The translations under genes and the position numbers were made by a program. 64,000 nt of DNA from Podarcis muralis (lineage: Eukaryota), in the NCBI RefSeq assembly GCF_964188315.1, contig NC_135657.1:53878001-53942000 (forward strand), read 5' to 3'. The notes beneath the pieces are model-generated. The model was not told the DNA's origin. It did no database searches and saw only the letters and a program-made list of their open reading frames with translations. Shown here in pieces: positions 38,449 through 52,515 of the stretch. Each line of letters opens with the position of its first letter. The stretch's first letter is position 1.

Positions 38449-41400
38449 CTAGAAAATAATGGTAAATGTACAGTGCCTATCTTCTATTTGATCCATCATA
38501 TTCTCCACACTGCTACAAGGGAAAGATGACCTCAGTTAACACTTGAGGGGCTCATACCTATTACACTTACTAAAAACACTCTGCAAACATATAATTTACC
38601 AGGCAGCGTTCAACAGAGTTCAAGCACTCTCTTGGCATATATTTAGTATACTTAGGGTGTGACATTCAATGCAAAACGAGTTTCCTGGAAAGTAGACTAA
38701 TGCTAATCAATAGATCTGACTCAGTGAAAAACCTTGGACTGATAAAAGGAGGCATCAAACATGAAGACAGATCATTACCTCGTCTAGTAGCTGTCTATCA
38801 TTTACAGTGAGGTGAAAAACTGTTTCTTTAAAATGATCGCTTTAACTCAGTTCAAACTGAAACACTATTTCAAAAATAAGCTCTGTGGCTCCAGTGCCAC
38901 TATTTTACTAAAATTGGTCAGATCCCATTTTGCAATTGCCAGAAACCATTGTTATTAGCACTGTTCAAAGTACTCATACAAAGACCGTTTAAAGTCACCA
39001 CACTGAGACATTCAGCTAACCTCCTTTAAGTCAGATGCTTCAATGGTAAAATGGATTGGCAAAAGGGAAAAGACTGTCTCTCAATGTGAAAGTATGCAGT
39101 CAAAATTGTTCACGTTTCCCAAATTGTTCACGTTTCCCACATTGCTACATGTAATATGGATGTTAATAAAAGGGATGTTTAAACCTTCAAGCTAAATTCA
39201 TCTCCTATTCATTTTACAGATATTCTGGTTCCCAGTATTAATTTGGTTCCCTTGGTGATTTTTAGGATTTCAACAGAAATTAGTTAAAATAAATTGAAAT
39301 GTTTAAATAAAAATGAGTGGAGAAATGTTAGTACAGTACTGACTTAATACACCCATCCACTTCTTTACCTAAGTAAAAAATTACCTGAAAGTAAATTTAG
39401 TGCTGCCCGGGGGAATCACCATGAATGTAGATCCAACACCTTAGCTTGGAATAAGGTGGGGAAAATGGCACAGAAGATTCGAAGTACAGTCCTTTGGGTT
39501 CTCAGCTCCAGACTTACAGTCTGGGATGCCCAATTCATAACCCCTTCACCCACTGTAGATGGAAAATCCACATTTGCAATTCACATCTAAAGCAGGTTAC
39601 TTAAGAGTAAGTTACGCATTCTATAGACTTTACGCGTGAGTTTAGGATTACAAATCTAAATCTTTTACAAACCATTTAAAAAACAACAACTACCTGCATA
39701 ACAAAACATCCCCTTCCTGCCCATCTCCCTCCAGCCTCCTATGCACCCTCAAAATCTGCTCTGGAAGGCAGAGAGCGTATTTTGGGGCACATGGGGAGAG
39801 CAGAGGAAAGGGAAGTCCAGCTGCACATATGGAACTCCAGATGTGGGACACTGCATATAACCCATAGTTTTTCATCTGCCATTTACTATATTCCTCCTGG
39901 GATAGTCTAGACTCCTCTGATGAGGAACCCTGTAGAGAAAGGGGAGTTACTACACACTACATGGTCTTAGGCAGCTGAATACAGGATATGGCACTCCTCT
40001 CATCTCGCTTGTATGGAGATTCACTGCACCTCTTTGCCCATTTAAACTCATTTATTTATTTAAATTATCTAGGAGCTGAACAATTATTTTAAAACAATGC
40101 AGTCTCTGCCCACAAAAAAACAATAGGGAAAGCTAGAGAGGAAACAAAAAACAAGTAAACTGTTTAATAACCAGGTGAAACGGAGGCGTTCCAACTGAGA
40201 TGATGGAGTGGGCCATGCTAAATCTGTATCTATTCATATTTTTAAAAATGGTGTAAGTTATTTATTCCATGACTTATTTATTCACTGAGATTTTATAATT
40301 TCCAACCCACCCTGCCCCTTATGGTTATTCAAATACTGATATAAAGCACACTAAAATATATGTGGAACTAAGACACACAAATTTGAAGAATGTGGATCAC
40401 TGATTACTCTATGTAGGCAATGTGTTCTACTTTTAAAATCTCTTAAATTTTTATTACCTAAAGAGAACAGCCTGGTTATAACACTGACCTTCACTCTCTT
40501 AAGGAAAGCTAGGAAAGCACCATTAACGACAACAAAAAGCTTATATAATCCCAAAAAACTTGAAAAAGAAGGCTAGTTTTAGGGTACCCTTCGAAATATA
40601 AACACGATGTCTATTTGCTCCTTTAGTCCACTCAAAACTGAGCCATTCACTACCCACAGCTGTTTGATGAACAACTCAACATTCTGAGTGCAGCAGACTG
40701 CCAGAGTATGTTTTCCCCTCATTCCCTATCATATCATTCCTTATTCACTCCACATGCCTGAAGAGAGAACTTTGTTGCTTTGAACTTTTCTCTACAACTT
40801 TCAAAGGAGGGAGGAGGAAAGGGGGGGACACAGCACAGGGATGTAAGAAATAGACAGAAAGGACGCATCAAGGTGAATTAGATTTCCACATCATTTATCC
40901 TACAGGAAAGCGCATGCTTTAATGTACCCTGAACCAGACAGAGGCATCATTAGGGCTGCATTTTGTCTACAAAGCTAAAGGAATAGCAAATGTAATCTTA
41001 CACATCTATGTCAATCTAGTTTGACCAGTTCCACAAGTTCAGTTAAAAAGGAAGCATGACATTCTCACTTAAGGGAGCATGAACAAAGGCTGAGTACATG
41101 GCCAGACAGTTTTAAGCAAACAGAACTGGAAGCGGCTGGGATGGGAATATGGCATTTAAGAAGTTATTAATTACATTTTAGCTGTCAGTGAAAGATGCAT
41201 TGAAGTATATTGGCACACAAAACAAAACCTTCAGTTAGGTTTAACGCTGTTTAAAAACTTGGGCTACAGCACTACTGTATAACGAGTTAACGAGATATAA
41301 GATTTTTAAACAATATTTAAGCAACATTTGCAGGAACGCAAGGGATACCAGGCTGGCACTGGTGGACTTAGTGCACATTTTTGAATCACAGAAGATAATA

Positions 41401-41708
41401 CTCTCCCACATTTTCTATTAATACAATAACATAATACTAAGATATGTGGTTAATCTTTAATAGTTTCAGTTTTATAATAAAACTAGAAAGAGAGGGAGGT
41501 ATAACTAACTTCAAACGCGTATCAAGGTGAAAACTGATATTATGAAAAAAACCTAGGATTCCCAATGAAGTGATTTCCTCATAGGAACAGCATACATAAA
41601 TCTGGTTAGCAACAAATTATTCTGCATCATTTCCAAGGATGAATTAGTGGGTACCTCTGTATGTTTTCCCCTTGCAGGACAAATAGCTTCTGGGGCCAAG
41701 GAGGAGGA

Positions 41709-41752
41709 AAACAAACAAACAAACAAACAAACAAACAAACAAACAAACAAAC
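41709..41752. repeat. (AAAC)n microsatellite
   Basis: Direct reading. Confidence 0.97.
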
Positions 41753-41789
41753 AGCCTCTCCCAGCACCATCACAATTAGCCTCTCCCTT

Positions 41790-41935
41790 GGAAGCTCCTG
41801 CAGCCAATCAGAAGCCACGGAAGCCCTGTCAGACGTTCGGCATCCAAAAATAGTTTACAAACCGGAACAGTCACTTCCGGGTTTGCAGCGTTCAGGACCT
41901 AAAACGTTCGGGAACTAAGCTGTTCAAAAACCAAG
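41790..41935. mobile_element. Fragment of a Tigger-like MITE
   Basis: CpG-rich gccaatcagaagcc...acttccgggtttgcagcgttc...gttcgggaactaagctgttcaaaaaccaag resembles the related piece at about 50510-50585. Confidence 0.5.
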
Positions 41936-44900
41936 CTACAAAAGTATTTGGGAGCATAGCTGCCTTGAACTATGGAGGTAAAGCACAGCCATCGTGGCTA
42001 GTAGCCATTGATAGCTCTCTCCTCTATGAGTTCCAGTCAAATGCTTTGCTGTATCTACAGGACTACATGCTGCAGTTCCTCAGCAAGAACACAACATACA
42101 AATAGCCATGGTAGAGCAAAGCAGAAACTCAGTTACAGTGAAGGGATGTAAATAGCCCTTTCACTGAAGCTACCAGTCAGCATGCATATATTATTTTACA
42201 CCACCAGACCAGGCAATCGAGTTTTATGCATGGTCTTGAAACTCAGTTTAGAGGAGTCTTCATCTCGATCATGGAAAATGTGCCCATTTTCTTCCTTGTT
42301 TCTACATATGTTTCGTCTGCAGAAGCTTTTGCTCAGCTCTTGCCCTGTTCTATTGCCACCGATTCACAATCATTCTAGAAGCAAAATTACAGACCATGGA
42401 GGAGCAATCCCCAAACAGGAATGCCTTCCAGTGGCTTAGGCTTATCAGTCACCCCCAGTCACAACTGATGGCAAGGGGGAATAGCAATCCCAGTGTTTCC
42501 TTAAAACAGATTCTGAATATGTCAGAAGACTGGCCTGGCACCCAGGTGGCTAAATATTTTTTTTAAGCAGATCACCTTGTGCACTTGTTTGAGCCAAAGA
42601 CTTAGCTCCTTTATTGTGGTTTTACTATTTTCATATTCATTAAACACATGTTTGTTTTAAAATACTTTTAGGGGCTAAGTGGCAAGGCAGCCTAGGAAGG
42701 CAATTTGTTGGCATCCTGAAAATAGGACACTTAACCAACAATAGTTAAAAAAACGACTAGAAAACATCAGAAGCTGCAGTGTGTAAGGAACCTATTTTCA
42801 TTGGCATTGAGGCTACTTCTGTCATCTCTGACCTCTGTCAGATGAGAAAATTGTTGCCAGTAAATGATATTTTTGATTCCATTCAATCTGAACTGGGTTT
42901 AGCATACACATCTATCCTGTTTGAGGCATCACGAGGCCGGGAGGTGGGGGAATCTTGAACTGAAATAATGTCAGAAAAAGTGAAAGAAAGGGTTTACTAA
43001 ATGTAAAAAGCATGCATATGTTAAACAGTACATTTTGCTCAAAGTTAACATATTCTGGGATTATATGTCATAGAGTGCACTGTACCCTGCTGAGTGCATG
43101 AAATTCAAAATTCTTGACATGGCAGCCCACCAAAATACACTGCCAAATTTGCTGGTTCTTTTCCAATCTCATCTTCAAAGACAGAAGGACTTGAGAAGGA
43201 GGGAATGACAGAATGGGCACAGGGAGACTTGCTGATAGCAATTTGTATGAGCGCTGTTGGACATACTCTATGAGTACAAGGAACCAGGTAAATAAATATA
43301 CTATTTTAATATTTGAAATGTTGTAAATTGTAAACAGTGCTCAATATTTGCAGCTGTTATACACGTTAATTATAAAACTAAATGAAATATGAAGTTACTT
43401 TCCTGTAATGCGATCAAAGCTGGTCATTAAATAGATCCTTCCCCAAACTAAAATACATTTTACTAATTCATTTTGTAAAAAAATAAAATAAAATAATCCT
43501 TATGACCAAGAATTACAGAAAACATCTCCCAGTAGAACTATAACTTTACATGACAATGATACGCTGCATAACCCCTTTTATCTCTATTTTAAGCAACACT
43601 GAACTGGACTTCATTTTAGCCATTCTAACATTTCAGAAAGGAAAACCAATCTTTGTTTTGAAAAACGTACTCTTGAAGGGTAGGTAAAGAACGGCAGCAG
43701 ATCAGCGCTAAAATATGATGCAAAGTTACATGTTGCAATGATTATCACACATTTATTTACATGCCTGCCTAGCTCTTTATTTTTTACTTTCATAGTTCTA
43801 GGCTTTGAAAATTAAACTATATGAACACAGTTCTTTATCAATTAATATAAAACACGAGAATCTATTTTTGATCTGCTAGTGACAGAAACAAGAGGTACTC
43901 GGGACAACGTGTTCTGTATACCTGTATTTGCAAAAAGCATTCAGAGGCTGTGGAGGGAGTGTGAAGTTAAAAATACTGGTTTACAAGAACTAAATATCTT
44001 CACTTAAGAACAAGTGAAATGATTATTTTACAGTTTCCCTAATTAAAAAAAAATCTAATAAAACAAATCTAAAATATTCATATATTGCCTTTCATAAAAG
44101 ACACTTAAGAGTGCTAAACAACAATTAATAAAAACATCAAAACAATCAGAATAAAGCACTAGATATCAGGCGACAACTCTGAATAGAAGATTCATATGGT
44201 GGAAGTTTCCTGTTCAGATATCCTGATCGTAGACCATTTCAGGAACAAACTCTGGCCACAAGAGATCCTTAAAAAGCCCCTGACAATAGTATGAATGTAA
44301 TGTTTTGAACTAGTTGAAATTTTGAAGGCTTTTCGAAGGCAGCCCCATGTATACATTAAAGTAATCAATTTAAGGGCTTCTAGGATGCAATATTTTAACT
44401 TCCAGTGAAGTAATGGGAACTTTTCCAAAATACGCGATATGAAGAGAGTTGTTAGAAGGAACAATGGAAACAAATATGTGACACAAAATACATAAGCATG
44501 CAGATGTCATACAAATGCTTCCAAGCCAGTTTGTTTCCCCATTTCAATATCAGACATTAGATGTATATTTTAGCTATAGCTAGTATCCTGTTTAAAGGGG
44601 GGAGGGGGACACTGCTTCCAGGATGAGGTTACTGAATCAACGTTCCATACTATACAATTGTCATCCTCAACATGCTCAAGTTACTAGCACTTGTGTCATA
44701 TAATTATACTTGTTTGTAGATCCACTGGGAACACTGAGGGGCTCAGGCTAGTCTCTAAGGTCCAGGGGCCTCTGAGAAGAAACAGGCCACCTTCTGATCT
44801 GTAGATGGAATGGATGGATTAGCAGAGAGCCAGGCCAGCTGCTGCAAGCTTTATCAGCGCACAGGCCTAACAGATGGGAATCCATTCTAAAAGCCTCATG

Positions 44901-45844
44901 AAACAGTAAGCAAAGCCCTTGTGCTATCCTTCTGTTTCCTAGCCCCACCCCCTTTTTAAAGACACCCAGCAAAAAACACACTAGTGGAACACATATTTTA
45001 ATGCATGTTGGCATTGTCTGCATGCGTGTGTCTTTTACTGTTAAGCTTGTTCACTCCTGTAACAAGAACCAACGTATAAAAAATGATATGGAGGGTGAAA
45101 AAATGTGGAATTTAAAGGTTAGAAGGTACTGAATAATCAATATCCCCCCCCCCCCCCATTTTCCTAGCAGCGGCTCTTCTTGTATTCCATGTTTCCTATT
45201 GTATGACATTTCCTGGCAAACTGACGCACGCACACAAAAAGCAGAGTAGAAAAAGAGAGAAACATTTATAAACTAGAAAGTAGGAGAAGCTCAGAGTTGC
45301 ATAATATATAATACATGTGGGAACCTGTGAAATTTAGCAGAAAGGCGTATTTTCATATTGCAGAGTGTCTCAGATGCCCTGGAAGCATTTGGGATGCAAG
45401 GTTTTCCAGAGACAGTATTAGACAGGCAATAGGAAACATACTCTCTGAAGAGATAGCTCTACTCCATTTCTCTAGATTTTAGACAGTCAAGCTTGTGACA
45501 GGGCAAACAGCTGGCAATAAGCCAGTTGCTGTCAAATACATTTTCAACCAAAAGCATTAATGCAATTACAGTGCATGTTGAAAACTTTTTTGTTTATCAT
45601 GCCTTTTGCTTGACCAGCCATTATGGGACTCTAAGAATCTTTGTACTGTCTGCCCAATAGTTTAGATTTGCTGCATTTCATCATCATCATCATTTTTTTA
45701 TTTGTATACCGTCTTTCTATCTTACAATACTCAAGGCGGTTTACAAGCTGAAGAAACAAAAAATGTACATCTTATAACAATCTAATGCAATACAAAAATG
45801 TGATAATAAAACAAAACTTTAAAATAAGCAACCTACATCAAAAA

Positions 45845-46161
45845 GTAAGGTAAAGGGACCCCTGACCATTAGGTCCAGTCGTGACTGACTCTGGGGTTGC
45901 GGCGCTCATCTCGCTTTATTGGCTGAGGGAGCCAGTGTACAGCTTCCGGGTCATGTGGCGAACCAGAGCAGCACACGGAAACGCCGTTTACCTTCCTGCC
46001 GGAGCGGTACCTATTTATCTATTTGCACTTTGACGTGCTTTTGAACTGCTAGGTTGGCAGGAGCAGGGACCGAGCAACAGGAGCTCACCCCATCACGGGG
46101 AAACGAACCGCCAACCTTCTGATCAGCAAGTCCTAGGTTTAGCCCACAGTGCCACCGAGTC
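45845..46161 (-). mobile_element. Sauria SINE (Squam1)
   Basis: ggtaaagggacccctgaccattaggtccagtc end; 13-bp TSD cctacatcaaaaa (45832-45844, 46162-46174). Confidence 0.93.
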
Positions 46162-46628
46162 CCTACATCAAAAAATAACATTCAACAATTATTAGAAAAG
46201 TATAAAATAATAATATCAACATATAAAAGTTAAACACAAATCCACTCAACAGTTACAATAAATAATTTCTAAAATATAATCAATAAAACAACAGCAAGCC
46301 ACAGTACATAAAATAATACAATACAAACTGAGAAGCAGAGACTAGAGGGTGGAGCAACGCAGGTGGTTGATGAAGTCTCTCCCCTCACAATTCTTCCTCC
46401 AGGCACAGCTTCCTTATGAGGAGTCCCAAGGCCGGGTGTGTGTGTGTGCATTTTAATTTTATTTGAATTGTAATTTATTATACTGTTGTATACTGCCCTC
46501 AGATACCCACATAATAAGCAATATATTTTACTGAATGTTACTATTTTAATGAATTTGAGTGCTGTTTTATTATACTGCTGTACACCTGCAGTGAAATGCT
46601 ACCATAACACTCATTATAAACGGGTGTA

Positions 46629-46870
46629 CAGTGGTACATCGGGTTACATACACTTCAGGTTACATACGCTTCAGGTTACAGACTCCGCTAACCCAGAAAT
46701 AGTACCTAGGGTTAAGAACTTTGCTTCAGGATGGGAACAGAAATCGTGCTCCGGCAGTGCGGCAGCAGCAGGAGGCCCCATTAGCTAAAGTGGTGCTTCA
46801 GGTTAATAATGGTTTCAGGTTAAGAACAGACCTCCGGAACGAATTAAGTACTTAACCCGAGGTACCACTG
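46629..46870. mobile_element. Tigger-like MITE
   Basis: TIRs cagtggtacatcgggtta / taacccgaggtaccactg, TA on both sides; same family as 59690-59921. Confidence 0.9.
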
Positions 46871-47189
46871 TATACACATTTTAATTAATTAAAACATGCT
46901 TGACCACGAAAACACAACAACAACAACAACAAACCCCAAACCAAATATATCTGCAAAATCACAAATTAAACACTGTCCAGTAATATCCTGTCTAAGAGAG
47001 TGCAAGATTTTTGATGGAGAAAACAAGTCAGAATCGCATTCTGACACCTATAAGTACAGTATTAGAAGAATTACCACAATGAAAACTAAAACTTTCTTTT
47101 TCTCTTGGTTTTAATGTATCTATGTGAGGTATTGTTTGGTTTTTGTTTTGGTCTGTCTGGTTGGTTGGCTCAAGGAACATCCCAGAATG

Positions 47190-47495
47190 CTCCTTCTGGG
47201 GGAATGTAATTTCTTCCAGAACAGACCTCCTACCCAATTCCCAAATCCTGCAACTGCCCACTATCAGTACCTATATCTTGTCAGGATTCAGTCTCAAGTT
47301 TATTGACCCATTACTGCTTCAAGTCACCAGTCCCTCCTGATTCAGATGGAATGGAAAGACAGAGTTGTTTCATCTGCATACTGAGGACACGGCACTCAGT
47401 TCCCTGGATTACTTCTCCCAACATTTCCATAGAGATGTTAAACCGCATCAGGGAAAGAGTGGAACCTTGTGGAACCCCACAGAGCAAATTCTATT
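47190..47495 (-). mobile_element. L2 LINE reverse transcriptase fragment
   Basis: GVPQGS at 47461-47478, then TLSLMRFNISMEMLGEVIQG and a frameshifted QYADE at 47369-47383. Confidence 0.85.
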
Positions 47496-49104
47496 ATTGG
47501 TCCCAAACATATAAAATACAGAATATAAACTTACTTTGTGAAATGTAATGAGTCCTTGCTGTTGATTTCTGCAAGCAGTTATCTTCCAAATTATGTTTCT
47601 ACTCTATCTACACAGATCTTTCTACCCACGGCTTTGAGGTTAATTCTTTGACATTTTTCTTCACTGAGAATGCAAAGACACTTACAAAAAGACAAAAGCT
47701 ATAAAACATGTTGTCTGAAAAAAGTTGGATAATACATACTACACCTACTGTGATAGACTACACATTCTGCTGTGCCAAATGATTTTATTTACACTTAGAG
47801 AGAGAGGAACACTAGAATATTTAAAGGGTATATTTCTAACCAACACATTCCAAATAAAAACAAACCAATCTTTTTTCAGCTACTCTGACGAAGACTAGGA
47901 CCAGTAGCTGACATTTTGGATGCGTGTTACTGTGGTATTATTCTACTTCTACTGGCATGAACAATAACAGATGTGCTTGAGTCTTTCAGGTAGTCCTCTG
48001 TCCAAGTTATTTGCCAAGGTCTGACATGATTAGTACAAGAAATAGGATGCTATGAGGAGTCTTTGCAATGCAGACATGTTTAGACATGGGGCACTTCTTT
48101 AACTCTTCCTGAGATTTAGTTATGTTAATCCAATTGTGTCCCTCAGCTGGCAGAAGGCTCTTGGATTCAGTGGCACATTCCAGGAGCAGAATGGGCAGTG
48201 GGATGGGCCGGCTTTTGCAAATTCCCCCTTTCTCTAGCAGCTCCCTGCAATGTTTCCCTCACTGTTCCAAAGGGTCCCCCAAACCACTGCAGAGGTGGAG
48301 GATAAAGGAGACAGAAAATAAAAGGGGCAATAGGTGAAAACCCCTTCCTTTGTACTCATGAAAGTATCTACTGGATCCCAGAGTATTCCCAGTGCACCTC
48401 TCTCAGTTGCTATAACCTTACCAGCTTCACATACTTTCTGGAAGTCCCATAGGAGGACATCGTAACATAACATGCTCCCGCAGGCTTCCCAAGAGGTCAG
48501 GGAAGCTGCATATTGCCCAGAGAGTGGCACAGGAATTTTAAAAAGAACCTGTACATGCCTTGGCCACTTCATCATAACTTTATGAAGATAAGCACCAGAC
48601 ACCTCCGCAAATGAGGTAGGGAAAAGACCTCCATATCCTGAATTTGGTGGGTAGTGTTTGGAACAGCATTACAAATCCATCATTTCATTTAGACCTTACT
48701 CCCACCAATGCATGCTCAGTATTAGAAACAACGTCTTAACATGCTCACTTTTAACAAAGTAAAAAGTGCATTATTTAAAACATATGGCTGAAAGAATGTT
48801 TTTGCTAATAAAGTTTAAAAACAACTAATGTAAAATTTGAATTAAATTACAAACACTAAGACACATATAATCAGAAATACTATTATTTTGACATTAAAGT
48901 ATAAGTGAATCAGAGACTGAACACAATATAGGTTTGAGATGAAGATCTAGAATGAACTAAAAAAATCTGATACAAGTCTACCCAGAAGAAGTCCAACTGA
49001 GTATAAAGGTACTTTTACTGCTGGTTAAGTACAGAGGAGGAGGAGGGTGTAAAGATGGGGAAGGGATAAAATTGAATTAAGGGTGGGAACTGGGTTAATA
49101 AGCG

Positions 49105-49230
49105 ATCACTGGAGGTTTATAAACAGAGGTTAGATGACCATCTGGCAGGGATGCTTTAGCTATGATTCCTGCATTACAGTGAGTTGGACTAGATGACCTT
49201 TGGTGTCCTTCCAGTTTGATGATTCTAGGG
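49105..49230 (+). mobile_element. CR1 3' end
   Basis: aaacagaggttagatgaccatctg...ttggactagatgacc...gatgattcta. Confidence 0.8.
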
Positions 49231-49801
49231 AGGTATGTATCAAACTGCAGTCTAAGTCATTAATATATGATGAAGAAAATAGAGGTATGAAATATCCCTT
49301 CAATATTTTAAGTGCTAATTTGTTAGGAAAAAGCAAAGTGCACATAAAATTGCAGATTTAATGATTTACATCAACAACGCAGTGCAGATGTTTTGAATTT
49401 ACAGTCAGTATAGTCTGCTTTCTCGAGCCATAAAAATTAAACAATTTTTCACAAGATGTGTGTAACAATCTAAGTATTAGAAAGAAAAGAGGGAACTGGG
49501 ACATGTGCTATACTCATGCCTCTGGGGGGGGGGAAAGGTAGTATTTTTGAAACAATTTTTAATGTAAAAGTGAACAAATATATAAAAGCACTGCAAGTTA
49601 ACTTATGGGGTTAAATGAAAAACAATCCACTATAGTCAATATTTAAATACTACCAATTAAATATGAGGAAAAGACTTTGCAGTTAAGTGTGTAAAGAATT
49701 ACTTTTGCCTCTTTCAATTTTTATATTGGTTTTTAAGCATACATTTGCTTCTAACCAGCTTTGAAACAGAGAGAAAGAGAGAGAGAGAATATCTATGTAC
49801 G

Positions 49802-49803
<2 letters not shown>

Positions 49804-49841
<38 letters not shown>
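49804..49841. repeat. (AC)n microsatellite
   Basis: Direct reading. Confidence 0.97.
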
Positions 49842-49843
<2 letters not shown>

Positions 49844-50633
49844 AATAAATACATATATAAGACTCCCTGAATCAGAAGCAATTCTTTCATGTTACTTAGG
49901 AAAAGCAGTATGTGGTGTTCTCAATATCTGATCCAACATTTCTCTCCTTGTATAAATAATGAACTATATAGCCCATGCTGATATAGTATTAAGTCCCTTC
50001 TGGTGTCATAAGCAGATGCTCGAGGGGTTAAAAGAAGGTGTGGTGCACATAGTGTTGAATAAAATAATGGAAATGTTTTTAAATGCAAACATTCAATAGA
50101 GCGCGCACACTGGGAGACAAATGCAGAAGTCATACAGTATTGACTTGTTGCAATGGAAGCCTTTGTCCTCACTCTTAGCTCCAGTCTAACTACCTAAACA
50201 GCTAATGGGGCCTCTCAGGACACCTCAGGCTGAAGACTCCTGCACCTTTCTTGTCAGTAATGGGGGGGGGGGGGAATGCCTGGAGCCTCTGTGTCTAAGG
50301 AGACATTCTAAACTTAGCCCCATTAGGTTTGGCAGGCATGACACAAGACAGTTGAGACTTGAAGAACTCCCAAATAAAAATATGGTCTGAAGGGTACACA
50401 TTTTAAGCTACCATTTACAGGCAATTTACTTTGCATAAGGATATAAAAAATTTCTTTCGTATTTCTTACACAAGTTACATGGTGGGTTTTTACCTACTGT
50501 TGTAGATAGTACCGTCATACCTTGGAAGTCGAACAGAATCTGTTTCAGAAGTCCGTTCACTTCCAAAACGTTCGGAAACCAAAGCTTTTACTTACTTACA
50601 ATGCAATCCTAACCATGTCTGCTCAGAAGTAAG

Positions 50634-50829
50634 TCATAGAATCATAGAGTTGGAATCTTGTAGTTTGGATCCATTGCTCCGTGTCCGCTTCTCTGGAGCA
50701 GCAGAAAACAACATTTCTCCCTTCTCTATATGACATCCTTTTATATATTTGAACATGGCTATCATATCACCCCTTAACCTCCTCTTCTCCAGGCTAAACA
50801 TGCCCAGTTCCCTTAGCCGTTCCTCGTGA
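50634..50829 (-). mobile_element. CR1 fragment with internal deletion, inserted in a small palindromic repeat
   Basis: tcatagaatcatagag is the reverse of the CR1 tail; ctcttctccaggctaaacatgcccag is CR1 ORF2; flanks gcaatcctaacc...cagaagtaag and ...ttaggattgcagcc are the two halves of a common squamate MITE-like repeat. Confidence 0.75.
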
Positions 50830-52014
50830 ATCCTAGTGAATTAAGTCAATTAAGTCCTAGTGAATTAAACAGAACAAACTCCCAGGTAAATGGAGTTAGG
50901 ATTGCAGCCTTAATTACTAATGTGATAAACTCAGTTATCATCATCAAGAGATAATATAGTTCCATTATTCAGTTCTATTATCTATATGAAGATAAATTGC
51001 AATCAGATGATCAACATATTCATTATTAATGAGAAATGGGAATAAAGTCAAGAAAACAGAAACATCTTAACAGATGGGTATATTTAATAACATTAAATCC
51101 ACTGAAGTCAACAGGTCCTAGTCATATCAACTGTAGGCATTACATCATAACAAGCACTATTTCAAAATTTAAGAAACTGTCACAGAAAACTGACAGTGTG
51201 TTGGATTGCCAATTATGATGAAATACATTATTGACACTTCAAAAACTAGTTTGCTTTATTCTAAATCTTGTAAAACAGTAGCAAAAAGGATTCCTTATGG
51301 GTGCAGCTACACGCACAGCAAAGGATAGGAATTGGGCTCAATGAACACCTAATGGCAATCTTCCTCTAGCCACCCCTCAGCATGCATCCTCTACAATACA
51401 TTGCACTGAAAAGGAGGCCTGCCCATACCTCCTTTTGACTCATCCAATTCTTCCTCTTTTCACCAAAGCCCTGCCTAGCTTGCTGTCTAATGGCTGGTGT
51501 GCTGTGAAGTATACACATGCTCCAAGGGCCCATCTGTGAGAGGAAAGAGGGCTCCATCTCAGCAAGTATCATGTCCTAAACTTACTTCACAAGGGACAAG
51601 CTCTTACAGTCCAATCCTGTGACTGGTAAGTTCCACTGAGTGAAGTTCCATTTTCTCCCAGGTATGAGTGCATAGGACTGCAAACTTAGTGCATTTTCTG
51701 CTGACTCCATGGAAACTTCATAGCAAAGGCAAACAGAATTCTTTGACAGTCACAATAAGCATGCAGTGTAAAGCACAACCATCATGAGAACACTATTGTT
51801 ATCATGACAGGGAGGGTACAAAAAAATTAATTCAGTGGTATCCAAGTCAATCACCTCAGATTGATTTACATTTTTATAAGAGGATTAGACAAAATGGAGG
51901 ACAAGGCTATCGATGGCTATGAACCACAACAGCAATGATACCAGTTTCCGGGAATCACAGGTGTACGAGAACCAAGTGACCTTCAGGAAAGAGATGATTC
52001 CAGAAGCAAATCCA

Positions 52015-52143
52015 GGTGTGCTCATATCCAAGGTTGCAGGTTCGATCCCCATATGGGACAGCTGCATATTGCTGCACTTGGCGGGGGGTGGTGTGGGTTG
52101 GACTAGATGATCCTCAGGGTCCCTTCCAACCCTATGATTCTAC
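52015..52143 (+). mobile_element. Short tRNA-head / CR1-tail SINE inside an older CR1 3' end
   Basis: B box ggttcgatccc, then a CR1-like tail ggactagatgatcctcagggtcccttccaaccctatgattcta; surrounded by degraded CR1 sequence at about 51870-52190. Confidence 0.65.
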
Positions 52144-52334
52144 AACTAGATGGGCCAATGGCCTGATACGGCAGGGTCACCTTATGATTTAATAAGAATA
52201 TATCCGCTGAAATAAATACTTAAGTTAGTCATGATTTCAATGGCTTTGATACAACTTAGTGAGTGAAACTGAATGTCATTATTTGTGCAATATGACCTCT
52301 TCTTGCTAGAGCCCACCCACAATATCCCCTAGAG

Positions 52335-52507
52335 TGGTGGTTCCCAACTGGTGGTCCGTGGACACCAGCGGGTCTACAGGGGATCCGCAGCACCATTCGC
52401 GTAACAAAAACTACAAAAGAGATATCAAAATTTTCAAAAGTAGGGGTCTGTGGGTTGGCTTTTGAACAACAGGAGGTCCACAATACTTAACTAACTGGAA
52501 ACCACTG
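52335..52507. mobile_element. hAT-Charlie-like MITE
   Basis: Ends tggtggttcccaac / tggaaaccactg; TSD ccctagag / ctctagag. Confidence 0.8.
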
Positions 52508-52515
52508 CTCTAGAG

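Noticed and set aside
44192-44473. 93-aa minus-strand ORF with protein-like composition
   Set aside because: No recognisable motif or splice signals; within the range of chance ORFs.
48612-48640. tgaggtag as a let-7 seed
   Set aside because: The following sequence does not match let-7 and there is no hairpin.
985-52143. tRNA-like A/B boxes as tRNA genes
   Set aside because: All are SINE heads followed by SINE bodies; no cloverleaf.
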